IMG/VR virus record: IMGVR_UViG_3300031162_000774
Span: 1-40,595 of that record
Source: a virus
Reading direction: 5' to 3' (one strand)
DNA length: 40,595 nucleotides
The translations under genes and the position numbers were made by a program. Positions 16,652-24,441 of this stretch are shown here, in pieces (the first letter of the stretch is position 1; each line of letters starts with the position of its first letter). The notes below the pieces were generated by a model. It saw only the letters and a program-made list of their open reading frames with translations. It ran no database searches and was not told the origin of the DNA.

Positions 16652-16698
16652 ACTCTCATGCAAACGAATATGTCGCTTGTAAATAATAAAAGTCTCAA

Positions 16699-17244
16699 AT
16701 GAGCAAAGGGCGCCAAATGGCAAAATCAGGATTTAGAACAGTAAAATCAATGGGTAATATTATTAAGTCACGTATGGATTTAATGAAATCATGGGATAAG
16801 AAAGATGCTTTAGCATTAATGTTACCTCAACGTGTTGAAGACAATATACTATATAACTTCAAAAATGATGTTATCGGTGGTTGTGATGGTGAAGATGTTA
16901 TCTTCCATAAAGATGGATCTATTATAGATGAAACAAACCGTATTACAGATAAGTTCTTAAATACATTTTATGCTCCAATGGAAGCTTACTTTAATAGTGC
17001 TTTAGTTGAAGAAGATAAAACTACTTCTGAAGACGAGACTGAAGATACTGCTGATGATGAAGAAGTTACTGAAAAGAAATCTAAAGATGTAATTGCTGAA
17101 GGTCATCCAGAACTTGATGAAATTGCTGCTTACCTTGTAGATGGTAAAATCAAAAAAGCTAAAAAAGTTCTTAAAGGTATGGATGAAGATCATGCTGACT
17201 ATAAAGAAGCTAAAAAACTTATCAAAAAAGCGAAGGGAGAATAG
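16699..17244 (+). CDS. Hypothetical protein with an acidic central tract and Lys-rich C-terminus
   Basis: 181-aa ORF. An alternative start at 16717 (MAKSG) has a better AAGGG SD. Contains the acidic run EEDKTTSEDETEDTADDEEVTE. Confidence 0.5.
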   Translation: MSKGRQMAKSGFRTVKSMGNIIKSRMDLMKSWDKKDALALMLPQRVEDNILYNFKNDVIGGCDGEDVIFHKDGSIIDETNRITDKFLNTFYAPMEAYFNSALVEEDKTTSEDETEDTADDEEVTEKKSKDVIAEGHPELDEIAAYLVDGKIKKAKKVLKGMDEDHADYKEAKKLIKKAKGE

Positions 17245-17246
17245 TT

Positions 17247-17861
17247 ATGTCTGAAGGTATTCATATTAAAAAGAACGACTATGTTACAAGCCCTAAAGGT
17301 TCATTATTATATGTAAACATTACTGGTCAAGGTAAAGAAAACTATGATGGCGACGGTTATGATTATGTTGCAACTGTTGATGTTCCTAAAAAAGAAGCTA
17401 AACAGTTTATGAAAGAGATTGATGCATTCTTAGAAGATAATCAACCTTCTAAATCTCATAAATTGCGTTCACTTCCTTATCGTACACATAAAGATAGTGA
17501 GAAAATTCCTGAAGATATGGTTCGCTTTAACTTCAAAACTCAGACAACTTTTGAGTCAGGTGATACCCGTAAGATTAATTTGTTCAATCACAAAAATGAA
17601 CGTGTTTCACTTCCTGATGGTACAAAAATTGGTAACGGTTCTGTTGGTCTTATCTCTGGTAAGATTACAATCTATACTGGTAAAAAAGATTATGGTGTTA
17701 CGTTATGGTTAAATGGTATTCAGATCCTTAAGTTTGAAGAGTATATTGAAGACTCAGGTTTTGAAGAACAAGATGAAGGTGACTTTGAAAACTTCGATAC
17801 TAATCTTGAACCAGGTGTTGAAGAAAAAAAAGAGAAGAAAAAAAAGAAGAAGAAAAAATAA
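17247..17861 (+). CDS. ssDNA-binding protein, T7 gp2.5-like
   Basis: 204 aa. Colinear pattern matches to T7 gp2.5 as I recall it (TSPKGSLLYVNI.., FNFKTQTTF..., KIGNGSVGLISGKITIY, acidic DEGDFENFD near the C-terminus). Sits upstream of the DNA polymerase. Confidence 0.65.
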   Translation: MSEGIHIKKNDYVTSPKGSLLYVNITGQGKENYDGDGYDYVATVDVPKKEAKQFMKEIDAFLEDNQPSKSHKLRSLPYRTHKDSEKIPEDMVRFNFKTQTTFESGDTRKINLFNHKNERVSLPDGTKIGNGSVGLISGKITIYTGKKDYGVTLWLNGIQILKFEEYIEDSGFEEQDEGDFENFDTNLEPGVEEKKEKKKKKKKK

Positions 17862-17939
17862 ATAGTTCTTCTTTAGTGTGGGGTTAAAATACTACACTAA
17901 CTCTTCGGAAATACCAAATTAAATCTAAAGGAGAAAAGT

Positions 17940-18260
17940 ATGAAAAAAATTATACTTTCTATTTTAATGATTGTTGGCTTAACAAGCTCATTATTTGCTA
18001 TAAACCCAATCGGTTGCGATATGCTTAAAGTTTCACAAACTGTTAATTCAATTCAAGGTGCTGATAGTAAATCTACTGTTCCTTCTGATGTTGCATTTGT
18101 GAAAGCTACACAGACTGCTCCTGCTTCCATACTGTATAGCAAGGGATCCTCTAATGGATTAAGTAAGAAAATTGTTATTTGTAAAAATATTGCAGCTGCT
18201 TCTGAATTACCAGGTATCTCAGGAGGATATATAGCCACTATGGGAGAAGGTGGGGTTTAA
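17940..18260 (+). CDS. Small secreted protein, function unknown
   Basis: 106 aa. Signal peptide MKKIILSILMIVGLTSSLFA-IN and a strong SD (AAAGGAGAAAAGTATG). Flanked by hairpins. Confidence 0.55.
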   Translation: MKKIILSILMIVGLTSSLFAINPIGCDMLKVSQTVNSIQGADSKSTVPSDVAFVKATQTAPASILYSKGSSNGLSKKIVICKNIAAASELPGISGGYIATMGEGGV

Positions 18261-18284
18261 TCCCCTAAAATTTTCATTAGTTAG

Positions 18285-18305
18285 TAAGCCTCTTTGTGAG
18301 GCTTA
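18285..18305 (+). terminator. Perfect 8-bp hairpin after the secreted-protein gene (possible terminator or attenuator)
   Basis: TAAGCCTC-tttgt-GAGGCTTA read directly. No clear downstream T-run, so its function is uncertain. Confidence 0.3.
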
Positions 18306-18595
18306 TCACGGTGATGACGATTAGCAATGAGCCAAGAATGGAACTCATGTCAGCCTTTTTAGATCATACTATTAAGATTATAAGGACGGACGTTATGAAA
18401 TATAAAAGAATAACAGTAACTACTGCACTTAGTGGTGGTTTTAAACCAGAACAATGCATGGAAATTGAAGTTATAATAGAAGATAATATATATAAAGTTA
18501 GTGAAAGAAAAGGTAAACTTCATATTAGAGTTGATGGAGCTATTAATATTACTCCAATAGCAAATAATTGTATATCAATTAATGAAAGTAAATAA
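18296..18595 (+). CDS. Hypothetical protein (start uncertain)
   Basis: The ORF-track entry starts at a GTG inside the hairpin. Alternative ATGs exist at 18314 and 18393; the latter has an AAGGA SD 8 nt upstream. Confidence 0.4.
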   Translation: MRLITVMTISNEPRMELMSAFLDHTIKIIRTDVMKYKRITVTTALSGGFKPEQCMEIEVIIEDNIYKVSERKGKLHIRVDGAINITPIANNCISINESK

Positions 18596-20501
18596 AATGA
18601 ATATCTTTGATATAGAAATCTTTCCAAATTATGCTCTTTTTGCATTTATGAATGAGAAAGGTAAAGTTAAAACATTTGAAACGTTTGATAAATTTAAACC
18701 TAAGCAAATTCAGAAAATAAGAAAAATATTGACTAAATTAGTTGTTGGTTTTAACTCTATCAATTACGATATGCCAATTGTTGAATATGCTTTATCTGGT
18801 GCTAATGTAGAAAATATGTACAAAGCATCTCAAGCTATAATCAAAGATGGCGTTAAACCATATATGCTTTATCGTATGATGAAGATTAAACGTAACTGGG
18901 ATTATGATCATATTGATCTATCAGAACAAGCTCCAGGTGTTCGTGTTGGTCTTAAATTATATGGAACAAGACTTGGATCTGAAAAGTTATGGGAATATGA
19001 ACTTGATTTTGATAAACCCATTAAAAAGAAAGAAGTTGAAAATCTTAAACGTTACTGTATAAATGACCTTATGGTTACTAAAGATTTATATGATGCTACT
19101 AAAGATCGTATTGAACTACGCGAGAAGATGACCAAACAATATGGTCTTGATCTTAGATCTAAATCAGATGCACAAATTGCTGAAGCTGTAATTGTTTCAG
19201 AGTTAGGTGGTAAAGTAGATAATGCACCATCTCAGAAACCATTCAAATATGATGTTCCTAAATATATTAAATTTGAAACTAAGCAGCTTAAAGATCTATT
19301 GAAAATGATCAAGAAGACAACATTTGTACTTGATGGTAAAGGATCTCCTCAAAAACCTGAGACATTTAAACCATTAACAATAGGTAATACTACTTATGAA
19401 ATTGGTATTGGTGGTTTACATTCTCAAGAGAAAAACTTAACTGTTGAAGCTGATGATGAATATGTTGTACGTAACGCGGATTATGCTTCTTATTATCCAT
19501 ATATTATTTTAAATAACAAATTATATCCTAAGCATCTTGGTAAAAAGTTCTTAAAGATCTATAGAAACATTGTTGAAACTCGTATTGCTGCAAAGAAAAG
19601 TGGTGATAAACTTACAGCGGACTCTTTAAAGATTACTATTAATGGTAGCTTCGGTAAATATGGATCTAAATATTCTAAACTATATTCACCTAAGCTGCTA
19701 CTACAAACAACGATTACAGGTCAGCTTACACTTCTTATGCTTATTGAAAAATTTGAGTCTGTGGGTATCTCTGTTGTTTCTGCTAATACAGATGGAATTG
19801 AATATTTATGTCGTAGAAAAGATGTAGATTTAGCTGAAGAAATTATTGCAGAACTTGATGTTGCAACAGGTTATACAATGGAACATGGTGAATATCAAGG
19901 CTTATATGCAAGAGATGTTTCTAATTATATTGCTAAATATGATGGTTATGTAAAATCAAAAGGTGTATTCGGAGAACCAACTTTAGAAAAGAATACACAA
20001 ACACCTATATGTTTTGAAGCTGTTCGTGAGTTTATTAACAAAGGCACACCTTTAGAAAAAACTATTAAGAAGTGTAAAGACATTAAACAATTCTTATCTG
20101 CTAGAAAAGTAACAGGCGGAGCCAAATGGAAAGGTGAGTATCTAGGTAAAGTTGTTCGTTGGTATTATTCAACTGAGGGTGAGAATATATTTTATATTAA
20201 ACCTAACAAAACTGGTACTCATAATAAAGTTCCATTAACTGGTACAGCTAAACCAATGATGGACCTTAGTAAGAAGATACCTAAAGATCTAGATTATAAC
20301 TGGTACATTCAATATGCTAAACGTATGCTTGGAGATTGTAATAACAACTATGCTCTATCTGATCAAGAAATATTTGATGAAGCTGTAGAAATGGCTGGAT
20401 CAATAGAAGATCTTTATATTAAAGAATTAGGATATAAGAAAGTTATGCCTAAACTTAGTGTAGCTTCTATAAACAAAATGAAAAAGTATTTATATGGCTA
20501 G
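18582..20501 (+). CDS. Family B DNA polymerase with N-terminal 3'-5' exonuclease
   Basis: 639 aa. ExoI FDIE at the N-terminus, motif A-like NADYASYYPYIIL, motif B-like KITINGSFGKYG and motif C-like VSANTDGIEY. An alternative start lies at 18597. Confidence 0.85.
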   Translation: MKVNKMNIFDIEIFPNYALFAFMNEKGKVKTFETFDKFKPKQIQKIRKILTKLVVGFNSINYDMPIVEYALSGANVENMYKASQAIIKDGVKPYMLYRMMKIKRNWDYDHIDLSEQAPGVRVGLKLYGTRLGSEKLWEYELDFDKPIKKKEVENLKRYCINDLMVTKDLYDATKDRIELREKMTKQYGLDLRSKSDAQIAEAVIVSELGGKVDNAPSQKPFKYDVPKYIKFETKQLKDLLKMIKKTTFVLDGKGSPQKPETFKPLTIGNTTYEIGIGGLHSQEKNLTVEADDEYVVRNADYASYYPYIILNNKLYPKHLGKKFLKIYRNIVETRIAAKKSGDKLTADSLKITINGSFGKYGSKYSKLYSPKLLLQTTITGQLTLLMLIEKFESVGISVVSANTDGIEYLCRRKDVDLAEEIIAELDVATGYTMEHGEYQGLYARDVSNYIAKYDGYVKSKGVFGEPTLEKNTQTPICFEAVREFINKGTPLEKTIKKCKDIKQFLSARKVTGGAKWKGEYLGKVVRWYYSTEGENIFYIKPNKTGTHNKVPLTGTAKPMMDLSKKIPKDLDYNWYIQYAKRMLGDCNNNYALSDQEIFDEAVEMAGSIEDLYIKELGYKKVMPKLSVASINKMKKYLYG

Positions 20502-20608
20502 TAAACCTAAAACTTCAACAGTACTAGTAATTAAACCAAATGTTATTAAACGTGAGATTATTCCAAGCATATTACCGTGTTCTACAATTCTTAAAATAAG
20601 ACAATGGT

Positions 20609-20641
20609 TTAATAAATCTTTAAACAAACTTTGATTATAAT
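20609..20641 (+). promoter_or_regulatory. Copy 6 of the 33-bp promoter-like motif
   Basis: TTAATAAATCTTTAAACAAACTTTGATTATAAT, intergenic after the polymerase gene. Confidence 0.6.
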
Positions 20642-20659
20642 TGAGTTATCTAAAGAGTC

Positions 20660-20962
20660 ATGGGAGATGATAAGATGAAAAAATTTATAATAGAAACAAT
20701 ACAGGCAAGAACAAAAGACGGTGAAAAATTAATATTTGCTGAAGGCATTAATGATATGTATACATTTGTTCAGCCAATTATACCCATTGAATATTTTTCT
20801 GAAGAAGAAAAGTTAAAAATGGGTAATCCTGAAGCAGGTTATCCTTGGAGAGATATTACAGATCATAAAACTGGTAGTATTAATCTTGGTGAACAAGAAG
20901 CTAAAGATCATTTCGGTGAATATGATTTATTTATATTAGAAATAAAATACATAGAGATTTAA
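20660..20962 (+). CDS. Hypothetical protein, about 95-100 aa
   Basis: ORF-track entry. The ATG at 20675 (MKKFII) is better placed behind GGGAGA. Confidence 0.5.
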   Translation: MGDDKMKKFIIETIQARTKDGEKLIFAEGINDMYTFVQPIIPIEYFSEEEKLKMGNPEAGYPWRDITDHKTGSINLGEQEAKDHFGEYDLFILEIKYIEI

Positions 20963-20965
20963 CAA

Positions 20966-21049
20966 ATGAACTTAGCACCTTTTGTACTAGTTATTCTAGT
21001 GCTGGTAGTTCTTGGAACCCTATGGGTAATGTTTAAGGAGTATTTATGA
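20966..21049 (+). CDS. Micro-ORF, 27 aa, single TM segment
   Basis: My own translation: MNLAPFVLVILVLVVLGTLWVMFKEYL. Starts 3 nt after the upstream stop and has an ATGA overlap with a following 20-aa ORF. Confidence 0.3.
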   Translation: MNLAPFVLVILVLVVLGTLWVMFKEYL

Positions 21050-21104
21050 AGACTTTTATCCGTAAATTAAATATATGTTTTACCAAATTAGCAAGGAGAA
21101 TATT

Positions 21105-21248
21105 TTGAGAAAGAATTTTAGAAAAATTAAGATTGTTGCACAAGATGGCTTTATATCCATAGATGAAGATGGTAATAGATATAATAATAGTGGTAACTGT
21201 TCTAATAAAGGTCGTAATTGGAACTTATATGAAAGGATAAGTAAATGA
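21105..21248 (+). CDS. Small hypothetical protein, 47 aa, TTG start
   Basis: AAGGAG lies 6 nt upstream of the TTG. The stop overlaps the ATG of the FEN gene (ATGA). My own translation: (M)RKNFRKIKIVAQDGFISIDEDGNRYNNSGNCSNKGRNWNLYERISK. Confidence 0.4.
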   Translation: MRKNFRKIKIVAQDGFISIDEDGNRYNNSGNCSNKGRNWNLYERISK

Positions 21249-22006
21249 GTAAAACGCTATATATAGATGCGGACTCACTTTTGTATCTTACAGTATTTTC
21301 AAGATCTAATAATGGAACTGATTTTGACGAACAAGAAGGTGAAGATTTTGGTGTAGTTAAACCAGATATAAAGGCATTAAAAGCACAGTTTAAAGCATTA
21401 GTATGGGATATAGTATCTTCATGCGAGATTGAAAGTGCTATTGGTATAATGACTAAATTTAAAGATCATGTTTTAGTATTTACTGGATCAACTAATTTCC
21501 GTTATGATATTTACCCTGATTATAAAAAACGGCGTAAAGATGATAAGCCAGAAGAATTCTATAAGCTTAAGAAATGGGCTATAAAGAAATTTGGTATAAT
21601 TTCAGATATTGTTGAAGCTGATGATATTGTTAGTTATTACGCTAGAAAAGGTCATCCAATAACAAGTGCTGATAAAGATGTTCTTAAAGGTACACCAGGT
21701 TATCACTATGATACTTACCATAAGAACTTTGTAAAGACATCAAAGAAAGAAGCTATTGCATTCACAGCATTACAAGCATTAATGGGAGACTCTTCAGATG
21801 ATATTCCAGGGCTTCCTCGTGTTGGTGTAAAGACTGCTGAAAAACTTTTAGGTGATGATAAAACTTTAGAAAATGTTATTCAGATCTATATTGATAAAGG
21901 TCTTGAAAAAGATTATGCTTTAACAATGATACGCCTTGTTCACATGGGTCAGATCAAAAAGATTAGTCGTAAAGGTAAAATCAAATTGGAGTTATATAAT
22001 GTTTAA
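21245..22006 (+). CDS. 5'-3' exonuclease / flap endonuclease (RNase H-like, H3TH)
   Basis: 253 aa. LYIDADSLLY, EADDIVSYYA, SADKDVLKG and LMGDSSDDIPGLPRVGVKTAEKLL are canonical FEN/53EXO motifs. Confidence 0.9.
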   Translation: MSKTLYIDADSLLYLTVFSRSNNGTDFDEQEGEDFGVVKPDIKALKAQFKALVWDIVSSCEIESAIGIMTKFKDHVLVFTGSTNFRYDIYPDYKKRRKDDKPEEFYKLKKWAIKKFGIISDIVEADDIVSYYARKGHPITSADKDVLKGTPGYHYDTYHKNFVKTSKKEAIAFTALQALMGDSSDDIPGLPRVGVKTAEKLLGDDKTLENVIQIYIDKGLEKDYALTMIRLVHMGQIKKISRKGKIKLELYNV

Positions 22007-22226
22007 ACCAACAGATGACCAAATAGAATTTGAACTAGATAGACTTAATAATATAACTTATGAAATTGTTTTTAAATATTTTAAAGTTATTCAAGATCGT
22101 ATTGAAAATATTAGAAAGTTAATAACAAAAAATGATTTATTTAATTTACATGATAAATTTAATTTTGTAATAGATAAATTTAATGATCTTTGTAATCAAG
22201 CCAATGGAACACCTCAGAGTTATTAA
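21999..22226 (+). CDS. Hypothetical protein, 75 aa
   Basis: I prefer the ATG at 21999 (GGAG 8 nt upstream) over the ORF-track start at 21936, which overlaps the FEN gene by 71 nt. Confidence 0.45.
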   Translation: MFKPTDDQIEFELDRLNNITYEIVFKYFKVIQDRIENIRKLITKNDLFNLHDKFNFVIDKFNDLCNQANGTPQSY

Positions 22227-23437
22227 TGGAATTATTACCTCATCAGGTTAAAGCCTCTAAAAAGATACAGAAGAAACTAAAAAAGCATGGAGTATGTCTC
22301 CTTGCTGGTCAACCTCGTTCTGGTAAAACTCTTTCATTTATTGATGCTGCTCATAAATTATATAATTGTATTCTTATAATAACTACCAAAAAAGCTATGA
22401 CTGATATTGCTGCAGCTGCAATCAGTTATGGATCTGATAAGTTTACAGTTATAAACTACCACTCATGTCAAAAACTACATCTTGAACAATATGACTGTAT
22501 TATTTTAGATGAGTGTCATAACTATATAACAAGCTATCCTAAAAGATCAGCAATATGGAAAAATATATTTGAATTTACTAAAAAACGTTTACCGATAATT
22601 TACAGCAGCGGAACACCCACACCTGAAGGATATGCTGGACTATTTAATATGTTTGCATTATCTTATTATTCTCCTTGGGTTAGATATAGAAGCTTTGCAG
22701 TATGGCATAAAGATTATGGAATAGCTTATAAAAAGATTATTGGCTATGATGCAGATACTGAAAAGCATAGATATACCCAAGCTTATGATAGAGTTAAAAA
22801 TAAAAAAGTTAAAAAATGTATGAAACCGCTAACTGTTAAGATAACACGTAAAGAAGCTGGCCATAAATTTGAAGCTGAAGATAAACTTCATCATATTCCA
22901 TTATCAAAAGAACAGTCTGAGATTATTGAGATATTGGATCGAGATCGCGTTTATATTAAAAAGAAATCTAAAGGTGTTAAACGTAGAGTTATTCTTGCGG
23001 ATCTTGCAGCTTCACTTCCAAGTAAGAAAAGGCAAGTTGCTGGTGGTGTTATTAAATGTGAGAAAGAAAGATTATTATATATCAAAGATAATCCAAAAAT
23101 TACTTATGTAAAAGAAAACTTTAATCCAGATGAATGTATAATTCTAGCATTTTTTGAAGCAGAACAAAATATGTTATCTGAAATATTTCCAAATGTAGGA
23201 AGTATTACATCGAATGCTGAAGGTGTAGATTATAGTCATTATAAATACATGATTATTTATTCACTAGGGCATGCTTATAAGACATATGATCAAGTACGTG
23301 CAAGACAGTTAAATATGATTAAACGTAAGACAGAGGTCATAATACACTTCTTATTATGTGGTGTAGATCAAGATGTTTATCAAGCAGTAAGTAATAAACA
23401 AAACTTTACAAATTCATGGTATAGGAAAAATAAATGA
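22226..23437 (+). CDS. SF2 helicase, SNF2/DEAD-like
   Basis: 403 aa. LLPHQ (Q/motif Ia-like), Walker A AGQPRSGKT and a DECH box (ILDECHNY). Followed by a VRR-NUC gene, which is a common phage pairing. Confidence 0.75.
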   Translation: MELLPHQVKASKKIQKKLKKHGVCLLAGQPRSGKTLSFIDAAHKLYNCILIITTKKAMTDIAAAAISYGSDKFTVINYHSCQKLHLEQYDCIILDECHNYITSYPKRSAIWKNIFEFTKKRLPIIYSSGTPTPEGYAGLFNMFALSYYSPWVRYRSFAVWHKDYGIAYKKIIGYDADTEKHRYTQAYDRVKNKKVKKCMKPLTVKITRKEAGHKFEAEDKLHHIPLSKEQSEIIEILDRDRVYIKKKSKGVKRRVILADLAASLPSKKRQVAGGVIKCEKERLLYIKDNPKITYVKENFNPDECIILAFFEAEQNMLSEIFPNVGSITSNAEGVDYSHYKYMIIYSLGHAYKTYDQVRARQLNMIKRKTEVIIHFLLCGVDQDVYQAVSNKQNFTNSWYRKNK

Positions 23438-23628
23438 GAGATACAATTTTAAAGATCTTAAGAACTGGTCCAAGACAAACAAGAGTAATTCAACAAATAT
23501 TAGAATATGATTACCAAGATAAATATAATGTTGCACAAGTTAGAATAAGACTAAAGCAAATGGAAAATGAAGGTATAGTGATAAGTACTAAATTATCTCA
23601 AAATCAAATGTCATGGTCGATAGTATGA
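23434..23628 (+). CDS. Small winged-helix-like DNA-binding protein
   Basis: 64 aa. ILKILRTGPRQTRVIQQIL...VAQVRIRLKQMENEGIV resembles a MarR/wHTH core. The call is weak. Confidence 0.35.
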   Translation: MRDTILKILRTGPRQTRVIQQILEYDYQDKYNVAQVRIRLKQMENEGIVISTKLSQNQMSWSIV

Positions 23629-23918
23629 GTGAAAGATTAGAAAGTAGCATACAGGCTGAGATCATTAGAAAACTTAAGAAACGTAAAAAGAGTTTTACAC
23701 ATAAGCATCCAGCTGATCCTCCTGGTTATCCTGATGTTGAACATCTAGAACGTGGTAAACTATTCTTATTTGAAATTAAAAGATCTGCTAAACATAAACC
23801 GGCAGCCTTACAAATATATAAGATGAAAGAGCTTAAAAAAGCAGGTGCAATTGTAAACGTTGTTTGGAATTGGCAACAAGTTGAAGCTATCCTTAATAAA
23901 ACTTTAAACAAACTTTGA
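23625..23918 (+). CDS. VRR-NUC domain nuclease (PD-(D/E)xK)
   Basis: GYPDVEHL...LFLFEIKRSAKHKP...Q...LKKAGAIVNVVW matches the VRR-NUC core. The ATG at 23625 forms an ATGA overlap with the upstream stop. Confidence 0.75.
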   Translation: MSERLESSIQAEIIRKLKKRKKSFTHKHPADPPGYPDVEHLERGKLFLFEIKRSAKHKPAALQIYKMKELKKAGAIVNVVWNWQQVEAILNKTLNKL

Positions 23919-23925
23919 TTATAAT
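23893..23925 (+). promoter_or_regulatory. Copy 7 of the 33-bp promoter-like motif (consensus copy)
   Basis: TTAATAAAACTTTAAACAAACTTTGATTATAAT. It overlaps the last codons and stop of the VRR-NUC gene and lies 31 bp upstream of the next ATG. Confidence 0.6.
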
Positions 23926-23955
23926 TGTTTTATCCAAAAAATTAAAGGAGCTTAA

Positions 23956-24441
23956 ATGGAAGTTAAAGATATATTAGAACAAAGGCAAGAAACGCATGGT
24001 GATTTTGGACAAGGTGCAAAATTTACACAAGAATATAAAAGAGAGATGAGAAGTATTTCTACTTACTGTCAATTAACTTATTCTCAAAAAGAAGCAGCAG
24101 ATATGATTATTCATAAACTTGCTAGAGTTATGGTCGGTGATTTTAAATGGTTAGATAGCTGGTATGATATTATTGGATATTCTCAATTAGTTGTTAATAT
24201 AATGAAAGAAGATATATTACCTGAACCTTTCTTTGCTTTAAATCCTGCTATTATTTATGAAACTATTAATGGTGTATTAATTGAACGTTATCAATTAGCT
24301 ATATCTACACAGATTGTTTCAATGGTATCAATAGCAATTGCTAATCCAGCATCAGTTAAACCATGGAAAGATATTATTAAACTTGCTCAATATATTATTG
24401 ATGATCTTGAAAGTAAAGGAGAAAAGCGTGTACAACGTTAG
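23956..24441 (+). CDS. All-alpha NTP pyrophosphohydrolase-like protein (MazG/MazZ N-terminal-domain-like)
   Basis: 161 aa. RQETHGDFGQGAKF...AADMIIHKLARVMVGD resembles the R...(Y/H)G(D)....K..R pattern of the phage dNTP diphosphohydrolase N-terminal domain (DUF6378-like), from memory only. Confidence 0.4.
   Translation: MEVKDILEQRQETHGDFGQGAKFTQEYKREMRSISTYCQLTYSQKEAADMIIHKLARVMVGDFKWLDSWYDIIGYSQLVVNIMKEDILPEPFFALNPAIIYETINGVLIERYQLAISTQIVSMVSIAIANPASVKPWKDIIKLAQYIIDDLESKGEKRVQR

Noticed and set aside
18252-18265. GGGG-tttaat-CCCC followed by AAAATTTT, as an intrinsic terminator for the secreted-protein gene.
   Set aside because: The stem is only 4 bp, it overlaps the stop codon, and the downstream tract starts with A residues. 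This is too weak to call on its own. The stronger 8-bp hairpin at 18285-18305 is reported instead, with low confidence.
20494-20634. A 46-codon ORF (MASKPKTSTVLVIKPNVIKREIIPSILPCSTILKIRQWFNKSLNKL) overlapping the polymerase stop and running through promoter-motif copy 6.
   Set aside because: It has no SD, and most of it covers what looks like regulatory DNA. Its C-terminus is dictated by the motif itself. I kept it only as a remark in a finding.
24338-24427. Upstream-extended starts given by the ORF track: 24338 for the hydroxymethylase, 25005 for the deaminase, 21936 for the 75-aa ORF, 23613 for VRR-NUC, 9236 for the 169-aa ORF and 9432 for the 59-aa membrane ORF.
   Set aside because: Each extension overlaps the preceding gene by tens of nt and adds residues with no homology logic. 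The downstream starts have SD sequences or stop-start coupling. For the hydroxymethylase, the preferred start also matches the T4 gp42 N-terminal register.
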